In this document: in pieces, positions 57,107 through 64,000 of the stretch
Layout of the letters: the number at the start of each line of letters is the position of its first letter
How positions within the stretch are numbered: position 1 is the stretch's first letter
The notes under the pieces: model-generated
Database searches by the model: none
Told to the model about the DNA's origin: nothing
The model's input: only the letters and a program-made list of their open reading frames with translations
DNA from: a virus
Virus record (IMG/VR): IMGVR_UViG_3300017744_000003
Span: 9,000 to 72,999 of that record
Length of the DNA: 64,000 bases
Strand: one strand, 5' to 3'
Translations under genes and position numbers: made by a program

Positions 57107-57352
57107 ATGAATGACCTAAGCCACTTAAAAGATAAAAAGTATGTAACAGATACTCTAAGAGACTTCACGGAAGATATGGAAGACTTAGATGAAACTATTT
57201 GTGCATTATGTGGATTATCTCCGGATATGTGCCCTTGTTATGAACACCCAAAACACTCTTGTGAAATAGAGGGGTGTCATTGTTCTATATTATGCTCTTG
57301 TTGTCGCGTTAGTATATGTAGCTGTGGTTACTTAGATGTTCAAAAAAGTTGA
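57107..57352 (+). CDS. Cys-rich small protein (12 Cys in about 42 residues)
   Basis: GGAGGTG SD, TATAAT at 57083, acidic N-terminus and CxC/CC clusters. Confidence 0.7.
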   Translation: MNDLSHLKDKKYVTDTLRDFTEDMEDLDETICALCGLSPDMCPCYEHPKHSCEIEGCHCSILCSCCRVSICSCGYLDVQKS

Positions 57353-57358
57353 GTCAGT

Positions 57359-58186
57359 ATGGAGTTTAATGAACGAACCTTAGCTATTGTTTTGCTTGAC
57401 CTCATAGGTAGCACTGCTTTTGTTCAAAAGGTAGGTGCTAAAAGGGCAGCAGAATGGTTACAGTATCACGACAGGCTGACTAGAAGTCTACTGTATAAGT
57501 TTAATGGTAGAGAGATAGACCGTTCTGACGGTTTTATGCTTTCTTTTGACCGACTAATAGACGCTGTTAACTTTTCCGTTCATTATCAAATATCAATACC
57601 AAGGAAGACCAAGTTAAACACTCGTATCGGGGTGCATTGGGCAAACGTAGTTGAAGTTATACAAGATGAACTCTATGTGGGCGTGGGAGCTAAACGCATA
57701 GAGTTAGAAGGTATTGCTAAGAACATTACAGCACGTACCATGAGTATTTGTTTACCTGGTCAAGTTCTTTTAACAAAAGAAGCAGTGAAAGTAGCCCAGG
57801 GTAGAGCAAATACTTATACACCACAAGGTACTCGTTACGCATGTGTAGGTCTCTACCGGTTTAAAGGCGTAAAAGATCTTCAAGAGATATATGCTGTAGG
57901 GACAACCTTAAGTGTTTTACAGCCTCCACCTAGTTCCGATAAAGTAAAAAGAGTCGGAGGTCCTAAGAAGATAAAGTCTAGGGCAAGGGACCGTAAACTT
58001 ATAGAATGGCTTTGGTGGCTATCAGTAAGGCTATGCTTTATAATAATCTTTTGGCTGTTAGCAGAGTCTTGGTCTGCTATTAGCAACCCCCAGGTGCGTA
58101 GAATGTGGGGCCATGATTGGTTATTTTGGTGGACTGACTATGTTAATCTTTTATTTGAACCCTTTAGAAAAGTGCTGAACTTATGA
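57359..58186 (+). CDS. Class III nucleotidyl cyclase with a C-terminal TM segment
   Basis: IVLLDLIGSTAF, GREIDRSDGFM, RIGVHW, EG..KNITAR, PGQVLLT, GLYRFKGV; hydrophobic WLWWLSVRLCFIIIFWLL. Confidence 0.9.
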   Translation: MEFNERTLAIVLLDLIGSTAFVQKVGAKRAAEWLQYHDRLTRSLLYKFNGREIDRSDGFMLSFDRLIDAVNFSVHYQISIPRKTKLNTRIGVHWANVVEVIQDELYVGVGAKRIELEGIAKNITARTMSICLPGQVLLTKEAVKVAQGRANTYTPQGTRYACVGLYRFKGVKDLQEIYAVGTTLSVLQPPPSSDKVKRVGGPKKIKSRARDRKLIEWLWWLSVRLCFIIIFWLLAESWSAISNPQVRRMWGHDWLFWWTDYVNLLFEPFRKVLNL

Positions 58187-58641
58187 TAGATCCCGATAAC
58201 GAGATCAAAGCTAAAAGAGGATGGTACTTTTCTATCTTCTTTTTATTCCTTATCGTATGCTTAGTTGTGTTTCTGAGTTATGTAGAGATCGTCAAAGAAA
58301 ACCGAGACGTACTCGTAGGTATCTTAGGTGTTCTAACTGGCAGCATAAGCTCAATGATGGCTATCGCTTCTGGTCGTGACCCTTCAGAAGTAGAGAAACT
58401 TCAAGATAAACTATCATCTGCTAACGCAGATAGAGAAGCGCTAATAGCGAGACTCAGAGACGCGCAAATACAGCTACAGATTAAGAACGAACAGATAAGT
58501 TCTTTACAGTCTGCCATGATAGATAAACTATCTTTATTTGCCGGAGAGTCCATAGCTTCACCTAAAAAGACAGACGACGTTGAACTAAACCCAGACGTAG
58601 AAGCATGGTTGCCACAAGTGGATAGAGATCAAAAACTGTAA
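58183..58641 (+). CDS. 2-TM membrane protein with a C-terminal coiled coil
   Basis: Two hydrophobic helices separated by KENRD, then heptads. ATGA overlap with the cyclase gene. Confidence 0.8.
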   Translation: MIDPDNEIKAKRGWYFSIFFLFLIVCLVVFLSYVEIVKENRDVLVGILGVLTGSISSMMAIASGRDPSEVEKLQDKLSSANADREALIARLRDAQIQLQIKNEQISSLQSAMIDKLSLFAGESIASPKKTDDVELNPDVEAWLPQVDRDQKL

Positions 58642-58662
58642 AGTTGTTGAAAACTATTCTCA

Positions 58663-58704
58663 CGCTTAGAGGTTAGACCAACAACCAAGTCTAACCTCTA
58701 AGCG
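58663..58704. terminator. Perfect 16-bp hairpin between convergent genes
   Basis: CGCTTAGAGGTTAGAC-N10-GTCTAACCTCTAAGCG. Confidence 0.7.
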
Positions 58705-58802
58705 AAAGAACATTCCTCTGAGCCCCTAAAGCAACCCTGCGAAAAAAGTTTTTTTAATCAGAGGAGTCACCACTCTATTGTAAATAAAAGTATAGTCAAG
58801 GC

Positions 58803-60146
58803 TTAAAAGTCTAAGTCTTTAAACAAAGGTAACACTTCAAGATCCACTTCTTCGTTCTTGGTTTTTTCTATATCTGCTATGGCTGACCAATGGTCTATAC
58901 GAACTTTAGCGATCTCTGCGTATTCCTCTTCACGCTCAATGCCGAACCCTTCTACGTCTTCAAGCGCACAGGCGCACAGAGTAGTACCTGACCCTAGAAA
59001 CGGTTCAAGGACTGTACCCCCTGGGGGCGTGACCATACGAACTAGATATCTCATAAGGTCTATAGGTTTAACAGTGGGGTGTACATTAGCTCTTTTAGAA
59101 TCCGTCTTAGATTCAAGCCCTGCTTCACGCTCTTTCTTGTTCGCTTTAGTCGTATAGAAGAAACGACTTGCGCCCCCTGTATCTCCATAGCCTTCACTTC
59201 CCTTGGCTTCCCATTTACCAATTGTGGGTTTGCCGGCAACTCCCCATGCTCTCGACTTACTGCCTGCGGTTCCACTCTTTTGAACACCGCTCTGTTTATC
59301 TAGTTCTTGGGCTGACTCTGCATCGAGCATTATATTAGCAGGCCATCTGCCCTTCTTCCAATCATCTTTTACAGATCCAATTCTTGCAGACTTATTATGA
59401 AAACCCCGTTGTGCTTCAGTGACCTTGTTTGCTTGAGGGGTCACACCTGTATTTTCACCTTTTTGAAGAGGTATACGAGTTGCATCTATATTAATACCAC
59501 CAACACCCCATTTAAGAACATTATCTGCCACTGTTCCTTCGGGTGGTTTCCTTATTAAAATGATGGGTTCATAAGCGGGTTTTAATGCAGTACCATAACC
59601 TACCCATTGTTTTGATCTATCATCTCTTGATATGTATTCACCGACGGGGTTTGATTTGAGCTTGTTCTTCTCTTCTGTATCACTCGCTTGATAACGACTA
59701 GCTGTTGGAATAGCTTTACCTCTATTTGAGTGACCTATCTTCTTATCGATGCCTAGAGCTACGTTGTGACTTTTTGGAAAACCACTTCCATATATCCACA
59801 TGATAGTATCTCGTATATCGAAACCGGCTAACCGCAGCGATATACTCATGAGGTCTTGAGTACGTGTCCCTGCAAAGACCACACCATAAGCACCAGGCTT
59901 CATGACTCGATAGACTTCTCTCCACAGGTCGGGCTGTGGTACAAAAGAATCCCATTCCTTATTCATGAAGCCTTTTTTGTTCTTAGGTGTCCAAGTATCT
60001 CCTGTTGACCATGCTGTTAAACATTCTGCCATCATCTGGGGTGTCACTTGACTAAGACCATAGGGTGGATCAGTGACAAGTGCGTCAAAAGAGTTGTCCT
60101 CTACTGCCTTAAGGACTTCAAGACTATCTCCATTTAGTATCTTCAT
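58803..60146 (-). CDS. N4-cytosine/N6-adenine DNA methyltransferase (beta class)
   Basis: VTDPPY, WIYGSGFPK, ALKPAYEPI, GRWPAN, HPTVKPI.LM, EPFLGSGTT. Confidence 0.95.
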   Translation of the reverse strand: MKILNGDSLEVLKAVEDNSFDALVTDPPYGLSQVTPQMMAECLTAWSTGDTWTPKNKKGFMNKEWDSFVPQPDLWREVYRVMKPGAYGVVFAGTRTQDLMSISLRLAGFDIRDTIMWIYGSGFPKSHNVALGIDKKIGHSNRGKAIPTASRYQASDTEEKNKLKSNPVGEYISRDDRSKQWVGYGTALKPAYEPIILIRKPPEGTVADNVLKWGVGGINIDATRIPLQKGENTGVTPQANKVTEAQRGFHNKSARIGSVKDDWKKGRWPANIMLDAESAQELDKQSGVQKSGTAGSKSRAWGVAGKPTIGKWEAKGSEGYGDTGGASRFFYTTKANKKEREAGLESKTDSKRANVHPTVKPIDLMRYLVRMVTPPGGTVLEPFLGSGTTLCACALEDVEGFGIEREEEYAEIAKVRIDHWSAIADIEKTKNEEVDLEVLPLFKDLDF

Positions 60147-60174
60147 CTATGTCTCCAAAGTTGTTGAAAAGTAT

Positions 60175-60831
60175 TTATAGTATGCGTCGGGCGAGAGGAC
60201 ACATAGCTTCCACTTTATCCATAAGTTTCTCAGCCCAATATTCCCTATCAAGCTCTAATACTTTAGGAGACTGTACACAGAGTACCTTTACTCCCTTAGA
60301 CTCTAGCAAACTTAACCATGTTTGGTACAGGTCGTCAATAATCCAATAGTGATCTTTGGGCAGAGGTGAATGACAGGGCAGACATTCAAAGTAAACAACC
60401 AAATCCGGCAAGTCTAGTTGAGACACCGCATACACCCAACGCATCTTAAACTCATTATACTCATAAGGCGTTAGGCCAAACTCAGAACCAAACACCCACT
60501 GGGCAAAAACAAACAAAGACCATACTGAGCGCTCATAGTATATATAACCCACATCCTCTTCCCAATCACCTCCACCTTCCCAATCTACTAACCTCTCAGA
60601 TAACTCCGTTAGCCAATCGTCAAGACGTAAACTGTCTCCGTCAAGCGCACGGCTAAAACCACTACCACTTGTCCACACTGTATCACCCCGCGCATAACGA
60701 CCTTCAACAGACCACATAAACGCACCAAGACCACTCCCAGGTATACCCTCTAAGGATATTCGGGCGAAAGGGCGCATAAGACCAAAACTCATAAATAAAA
60801 ACCCCCTACCATATATAAACTCATACCCCAT
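60175..60831 (-). CDS. Second deoxynucleoside-kinase-fold protein with a degenerate P-loop (start uncertain)
   Basis: ISLEGIPGSGLG, YYERSVWS.FVFA, LPDLVVY, GVKV; motifs shared with 56456..57040. Confidence 0.65.
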   Translation of the reverse strand: MGYEFIYGRGFLFMSFGLMRPFARISLEGIPGSGLGAFMWSVEGRYARGDTVWTSGSGFSRALDGDSLRLDDWLTELSERLVDWEGGGDWEEDVGYIYYERSVWSLFVFAQWVFGSEFGLTPYEYNEFKMRWVYAVSQLDLPDLVVYFECLPCHSPLPKDHYWIIDDLYQTWLSLLESKGVKVLCVQSPKVLELDREYWAEKLMDKVEAMCPLARRIL

Positions 60832-61507
60832 ACTCCTATATACACTAACAATACACTCCCCTAGTACATACTCATATACATAACATAAACTAAACTATAG
60901 CCCTCATATACACAAATAATAACCAATCACACCCCCATAAACACCCCATAAACCCCCCATACATCAATACACTATACTCCCTAATCTCTAACATCCATAA
61001 CACCATTATCCTATACCTTATATAAATATACCACCGGTCGGTGTCTAGCGCGCGCGACGCTCGACGCACCTATAGTCGTTGCTCCCGACGACGAGCACCT
61101 CCAAAAAAAGACTACTAAAAGTAGCATGGCCTGTCCGGCGATGAGCCATAGGTCACTTGGTTCTCAGCGGGTAGACCTCGCTAGCGTGGGAGCTAGCGAC
61201 GAGCGCTCATCATTTCTAAAAAAAGCCGAAATCCTAACCTTCAGTAATATACCCATACCGAATGTTAGACTTTGAAAAGTATTTTTGAACCTACCCTGGG
61301 TAGAAAATTGGGTCGATTTTGGGGTGATATGGCTCTTCACCTCTGAAAACAGGGCAAAATGGTATATCAACATTGAAATTGCCAAAAAATCAAACCACGA
61401 CTATAGGGTCATCGAGTACGGTTTGCCCCGTGGGGTTTATACAAAAATAAAAAGCGCCAACATAGTGTGGTCTTTTGGGTCCTATTTTGGACTTACAGAC
61501 CTACCAG

Positions 61508-61732
61508 TTAAGCGATTTGGAAAGATGAGCGACTGTGTGGCTCATCACCCTCTACAATGGTTCTGATGATAATGATGTGAGCGTCTAGCTCAGGAACAAA
61601 AGTGACGAGTGCTTCTCCATCGTCTGTCTCAAACGTCCTAACGATCTGCCAAGCGCCAGGTAAGCGCGGCTTAGTCATGTCGGTGATGAGGTCTTGTATA
61701 GTCTGTGTCTCTTCAGTGTTTAGTTCATACAT
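61508..61732 (-). CDS. Hypothetical protein
   Basis: Last gene of the leftward operon. Confidence 0.55.
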   Translation of the reverse strand: MYELNTEETQTIQDLITDMTKPRLPGAWQIVRTFETDDGEALVTFVPELDAHIIIIRTIVEGDEPHSRSSFQIA

Positions 61733-61735
61733 GTG

Positions 61736-62248
61736 TTAGACCTCTTTTGTGTAACCTGCCAAGATCTCAACGGCACCTACTAGGGTATCAGCCCAAGTCC
61801 ACTCGCAGTCTCTGTATTCTACCGTGTATACTGTATCGATTACGCCACCCTCATCGTTTATATCTAGGGCTCCGGTGAACGTCGTAGGTATACATTCTCC
61901 TATCTCTATTAAGTTCTCTTGTAGTATGAGCGCTTCTTGCCATTTGATTGTAGGAACAAATGCGTCTATCTGGTGTGTGTAGCGCCGTATGTGCTGATAC
62001 ACACCCTGTGCAAGCGCTTGGTCCGGTGAGTCTCCTGCACCAACAATATCATTGTCTTTGTGGCATGCATAAGCGATGAGCGATCCTTGGAACAGTAGCT
62101 CCTGTTCAGCTGCGTCTTCGACCGACAGTTCCTCTTCAAAGATGAAGGTAAACCCTTCTGGGGTAAAGCCATCGTCTCTAGTTGCGGTATAGATGAAGAG
62201 TTGCTTTTGGTCTTTTGACGTTGTGTAGTTGTATGAGTGTAGTGTCAT
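61736..62248 (-). CDS. Hypothetical acidic protein
   Basis: 170 aa in the leftward operon. Confidence 0.65.
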   Translation of the reverse strand: MTLHSYNYTTSKDQKQLFIYTATRDDGFTPEGFTFIFEEELSVEDAAEQELLFQGSLIAYACHKDNDIVGAGDSPDQALAQGVYQHIRRYTHQIDAFVPTIKWQEALILQENLIEIGECIPTTFTGALDINDEGGVIDTVYTVEYRDCEWTWADTLVGAVEILAGYTKEV

Positions 62249-62299
62249 TGTGTATCTCTTTCTGTGAGAGTTGTTGAAAAGTATTTAGAGTGTGTATGT

Positions 62300-62626
62300 C
62301 TATTGTCTCATGTACTGATGATAGTTATCCGTCATCTCGTTTTCCCATGCTGTGCGGGGGTGAGCGCAATGTATACCACGCGCCCAGGCGATTGCTTTGT
62401 CTAGTTCTTCTGTGAGTTCTCCTCCCTCGATATATAGTCCTCGCTTAGTGGCGCGGAGCGCATTATATAAACTGCGTCCTGTCTCTCCATAGTAGCACCC
62501 TAGAGGTATGGCGAGACTATCCAAGTCATCTTTAAGGCGAAGAGTCATAACGTCTCCCCATATAGATTCAATAGTCTCTGTGATAACGACCGGTACTTTG
62601 ACGAGTAGTATTCGTTGGTGTGTCAT
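62300..62626 (-). CDS. Hypothetical protein (start may be the in-frame ATG of MTHQ at this position)
   Basis: AAGGAG SD upstream; leftward operon. Confidence 0.6.
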   Translation of the reverse strand: MTHQRILLVKVPVVITETIESIWGDVMTLRLKDDLDSLAIPLGCYYGETGRSLYNALRATKRGLYIEGGELTEELDKAIAWARGIHCAHPRTAWENEMTDNYHQYMRQ

Positions 62627-62636
62627 GACTGTCTCC

Positions 62637-63116
62637 TTAGAAGGTCCATACAGGACGAGCGACTTTGCGCCCTAGACCTTGGTGTTTATTACATAGAGCC
62701 ATCATGCGATCAGTGGTGTCAACACTGTCAATACCACAGACAAAGGCTTCGATCATCTCTAAGAGGATTGACTCACCCCAACCTTTGCGTGTTACCGCTT
62801 CACCAAAGCTCATGGTGATACCCTCATCACATAGGGAGTAGAGGAGCCCCGCGACTTGCTTGAACTTGTAAGCTCGACCTGCGTCACCCTCAAGGTCACG
62901 GTATGCGAGGGAGAGCGCCCAGAAGTGACCTGCGAGGCTACGCTGAGAAGGAAGAGTCCACTCTCCAAATACAGAGGTGCGCTTTTCAGCTGCGCCTTGT
63001 GCAGAGATGCCACGAAGAGCGAAACGGAAGCACTGTCCCCATGTGAGGGAAGGGTATGCTTTGCGGATCTTGTGAGCGAGCTTGTTAATGTTTCCAGTGA
63101 TGAACTGAGTTGCCAT
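62637..63116 (-). CDS. Early protein with a PolX 8-kDa (HhH)-like domain
   Basis: LAGHF..L...Y...EGD..RAYKFKQVA..L.SL......KGWGESI...MIE resembles the PolX/pol beta N-terminal domain. AAGGA SD. Confidence 0.5.
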   Translation of the reverse strand: MATQFITGNINKLAHKIRKAYPSLTWGQCFRFALRGISAQGAAEKRTSVFGEWTLPSQRSLAGHFWALSLAYRDLEGDAGRAYKFKQVAGLLYSLCDEGITMSFGEAVTRKGWGESILLEMIEAFVCGIDSVDTTDRMMALCNKHQGLGRKVARPVWTF

Positions 63117-63177
63117 GTCTTGTTTCCTTGTCTGACCCGAGGGTCTTGTTGTTAATGCCTTAGCACCTTATGTAACA

Positions 63178-63206
63178 ACACTACTCCCCTTTCTTTGGTG
63201 GGTCAA
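63178..63206 (-). promoter_or_regulatory. Sigma70-like promoter TTGACC-N17-TAGTGT with an AT-rich UP region
   Basis: Reverse complement of 63201-63206 and 63178-63183; positioned to drive the leftward gene block. Confidence 0.7.
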
Positions 63207-63300
63207 CAACTATTTTAAATAAGTGTAAAAAAAACAACCGCCCAGGTGAGTGGCTTGTCCATCGTGCGCCGAGCGATGAGCGATGAGCGCGGGGTCTACT

Positions 63301-63788
63301 GAACAAAAGTTCAGGTGGCGATGAGCCATAAGACTCATGGGTGTATAGGGAAATACTTACTATCGTAGCACCTACCTTTGGTGGTTCAACACCGAGGAGG
63401 CACTTTATTTGCTCTGTGCTTTAAGTCTTGACCCCCAAGCAATAGCCCTTGGACCTCTTCCAATACAAGCTGGGCGCATAGCGCAATCTGGGGACTATCG
63501 TTTCTCAGCGCGTCGGGTAGATGTTTGGTTGGTAGGTGTCTGTCACGTATGTTCCACGTGAAACAATCTGAGCTTGTGTGGCGCTGCGCTTGCTAAGAAC
63601 AAATGTTCAGTACTCTGTTGAGCCATAATGAAGAGGCATATAAAAAATACCACCCCATCGTGACACCTACCTTTGGGTGTTCAACATCGAGGAGGTACTT
63701 TATTCGCTCTGTAGTTAAAGTATTTACCCCCGACCAATAGCCCTTGGATCTCTTAACTATGGTGTGCGGCGCACAGCGCAATCTGGGG
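63301..63788. repeat. Diverged direct duplication (about 63301-63493 and 63597-63788, offset about 295 bp)
   Basis: Shared blocks GAACAAAWGTTCAG, GAGCCATAA, CACCTACCTTTGG, TTCAACAYCGAGGAGGYACTTTATTYGCTCTGT, CAATAGCCCTTGGA, AGCGCAATCTGGGG. Confidence 0.85.
63550..63565. promoter_or_regulatory. Canonical parS site TGTTCCACGTGAAACA
   Basis: Exact match to the chromosomal parS consensus TGTTNCACGTGAAACA, in non-coding DNA. Confidence 0.85.
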
Positions 63789-63863
63789 CTTCTTAATTTG
63801 TAGCTCTTCATATGCCTGGTGTAGCGAGCCTGTAAAAATCCACCCGCCCTACCTCATACTTTT

Positions 63864-64000
63864 CAACCCCGCCCCCCTTGGGGTGGGGGTGAGCCATAAA
63901 AAATACCAACCCCCGCCCCCCTTCGGGGTGGGGGTGAGCCATAAAAAATACCAACCCCCCGCCCCCCCTTCGGGGTGGGGGTGAGCCATAAAAAATACCA
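63864..64000. repeat. GC-rich hairpin tandem repeat (43, 45 and 47 bp units), truncated by the window end
   Basis: Unit CAAC(n)GCCCCCCTT(C)GGGGTGGGGGTGAGCCATAAAAAATAC, starting at 63864, 63907 and 63952. Confidence 0.92.

Larger units (their letters stand above)
3452..62283. promoter_or_regulatory. Dispersed 13-bp motif AGTTGTTGAAAA(C/G), at least 14 copies (span is first to last copy)
   Basis: + strand at 24167, 30665, 35962, 46936, 49367, 52195, 52891, 58642, 60159, 62269; - strand near 3452, 12799, 18241, 42713. Confidence 0.85.

Noticed and set aside
61164-61566. ORFs 61164..61385 (-) and 61285..61566 (+)
   Set aside because: Non-ATG starts, no clear SD, mutual overlap and homopolymer-rich sequence; probably non-coding.
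63593-63811. 72-aa minus-strand ORF in the second duplicated copy
   Set aside because: The equivalent frame in the first copy contains stop codons, so coding is not supported, though not excluded.
63864-64000. CRISPR array
   Set aside because: The units abut with no unique spacers, and no cas operon is present.
1-64000. Stop-codon reassignment
   Set aside because: Code 11 gives dense full-length genes ending in TAA, TAG and TGA.

Overview
The window is a 64-kb piece of a large tailed dsDNA phage genome (myovirus type, standard genetic code). No host genes, rRNA, tRNA, CRISPR array or integrase were recognised. 1-30.7 kb is a + strand contractile-tail module: tail terminator, sheath, tube, frameshifted chaperone, tape measure, LysM, split gp27/gp5 spike, gp25, baseplate J and I, and a giant DUF6519-like protein, followed by a holin/spanin cassette and collagen and other fibres. 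Its gene set resembles extracellular contractile injection systems (eCIS). 31.4-45 kb is a replication and recombination module (initiator, DnaC, DnaB, primase, SSB, family A polymerase, SF2 helicase, RecA, resolvase, ParB-like, Cas4-like nuclease, SpoVS). 46.4 kb holds an iteron/palindrome origin candidate. 46.5-55.5 kb encodes a TGT-like protein, class II RNR, a phosphoesterase, ThyX, PhoH and a C5-methyltransferase encoded in two overlapping frames. 56-61 kb is an accessory island with two degenerate dNK-like proteins, a Cys-rich peptide + atypical membrane class III cyclase + 2TM operon, and an amino-methyltransferase. 61-64 kb holds leftward early-type genes and a repeat-rich non-coding end with a canonical parS. 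A 13-bp asymmetric motif, AGTTGTTGAAAA(C/G), occurs at least 14 times across the window. All family assignments come from motif recognition by eye, not from database searches.
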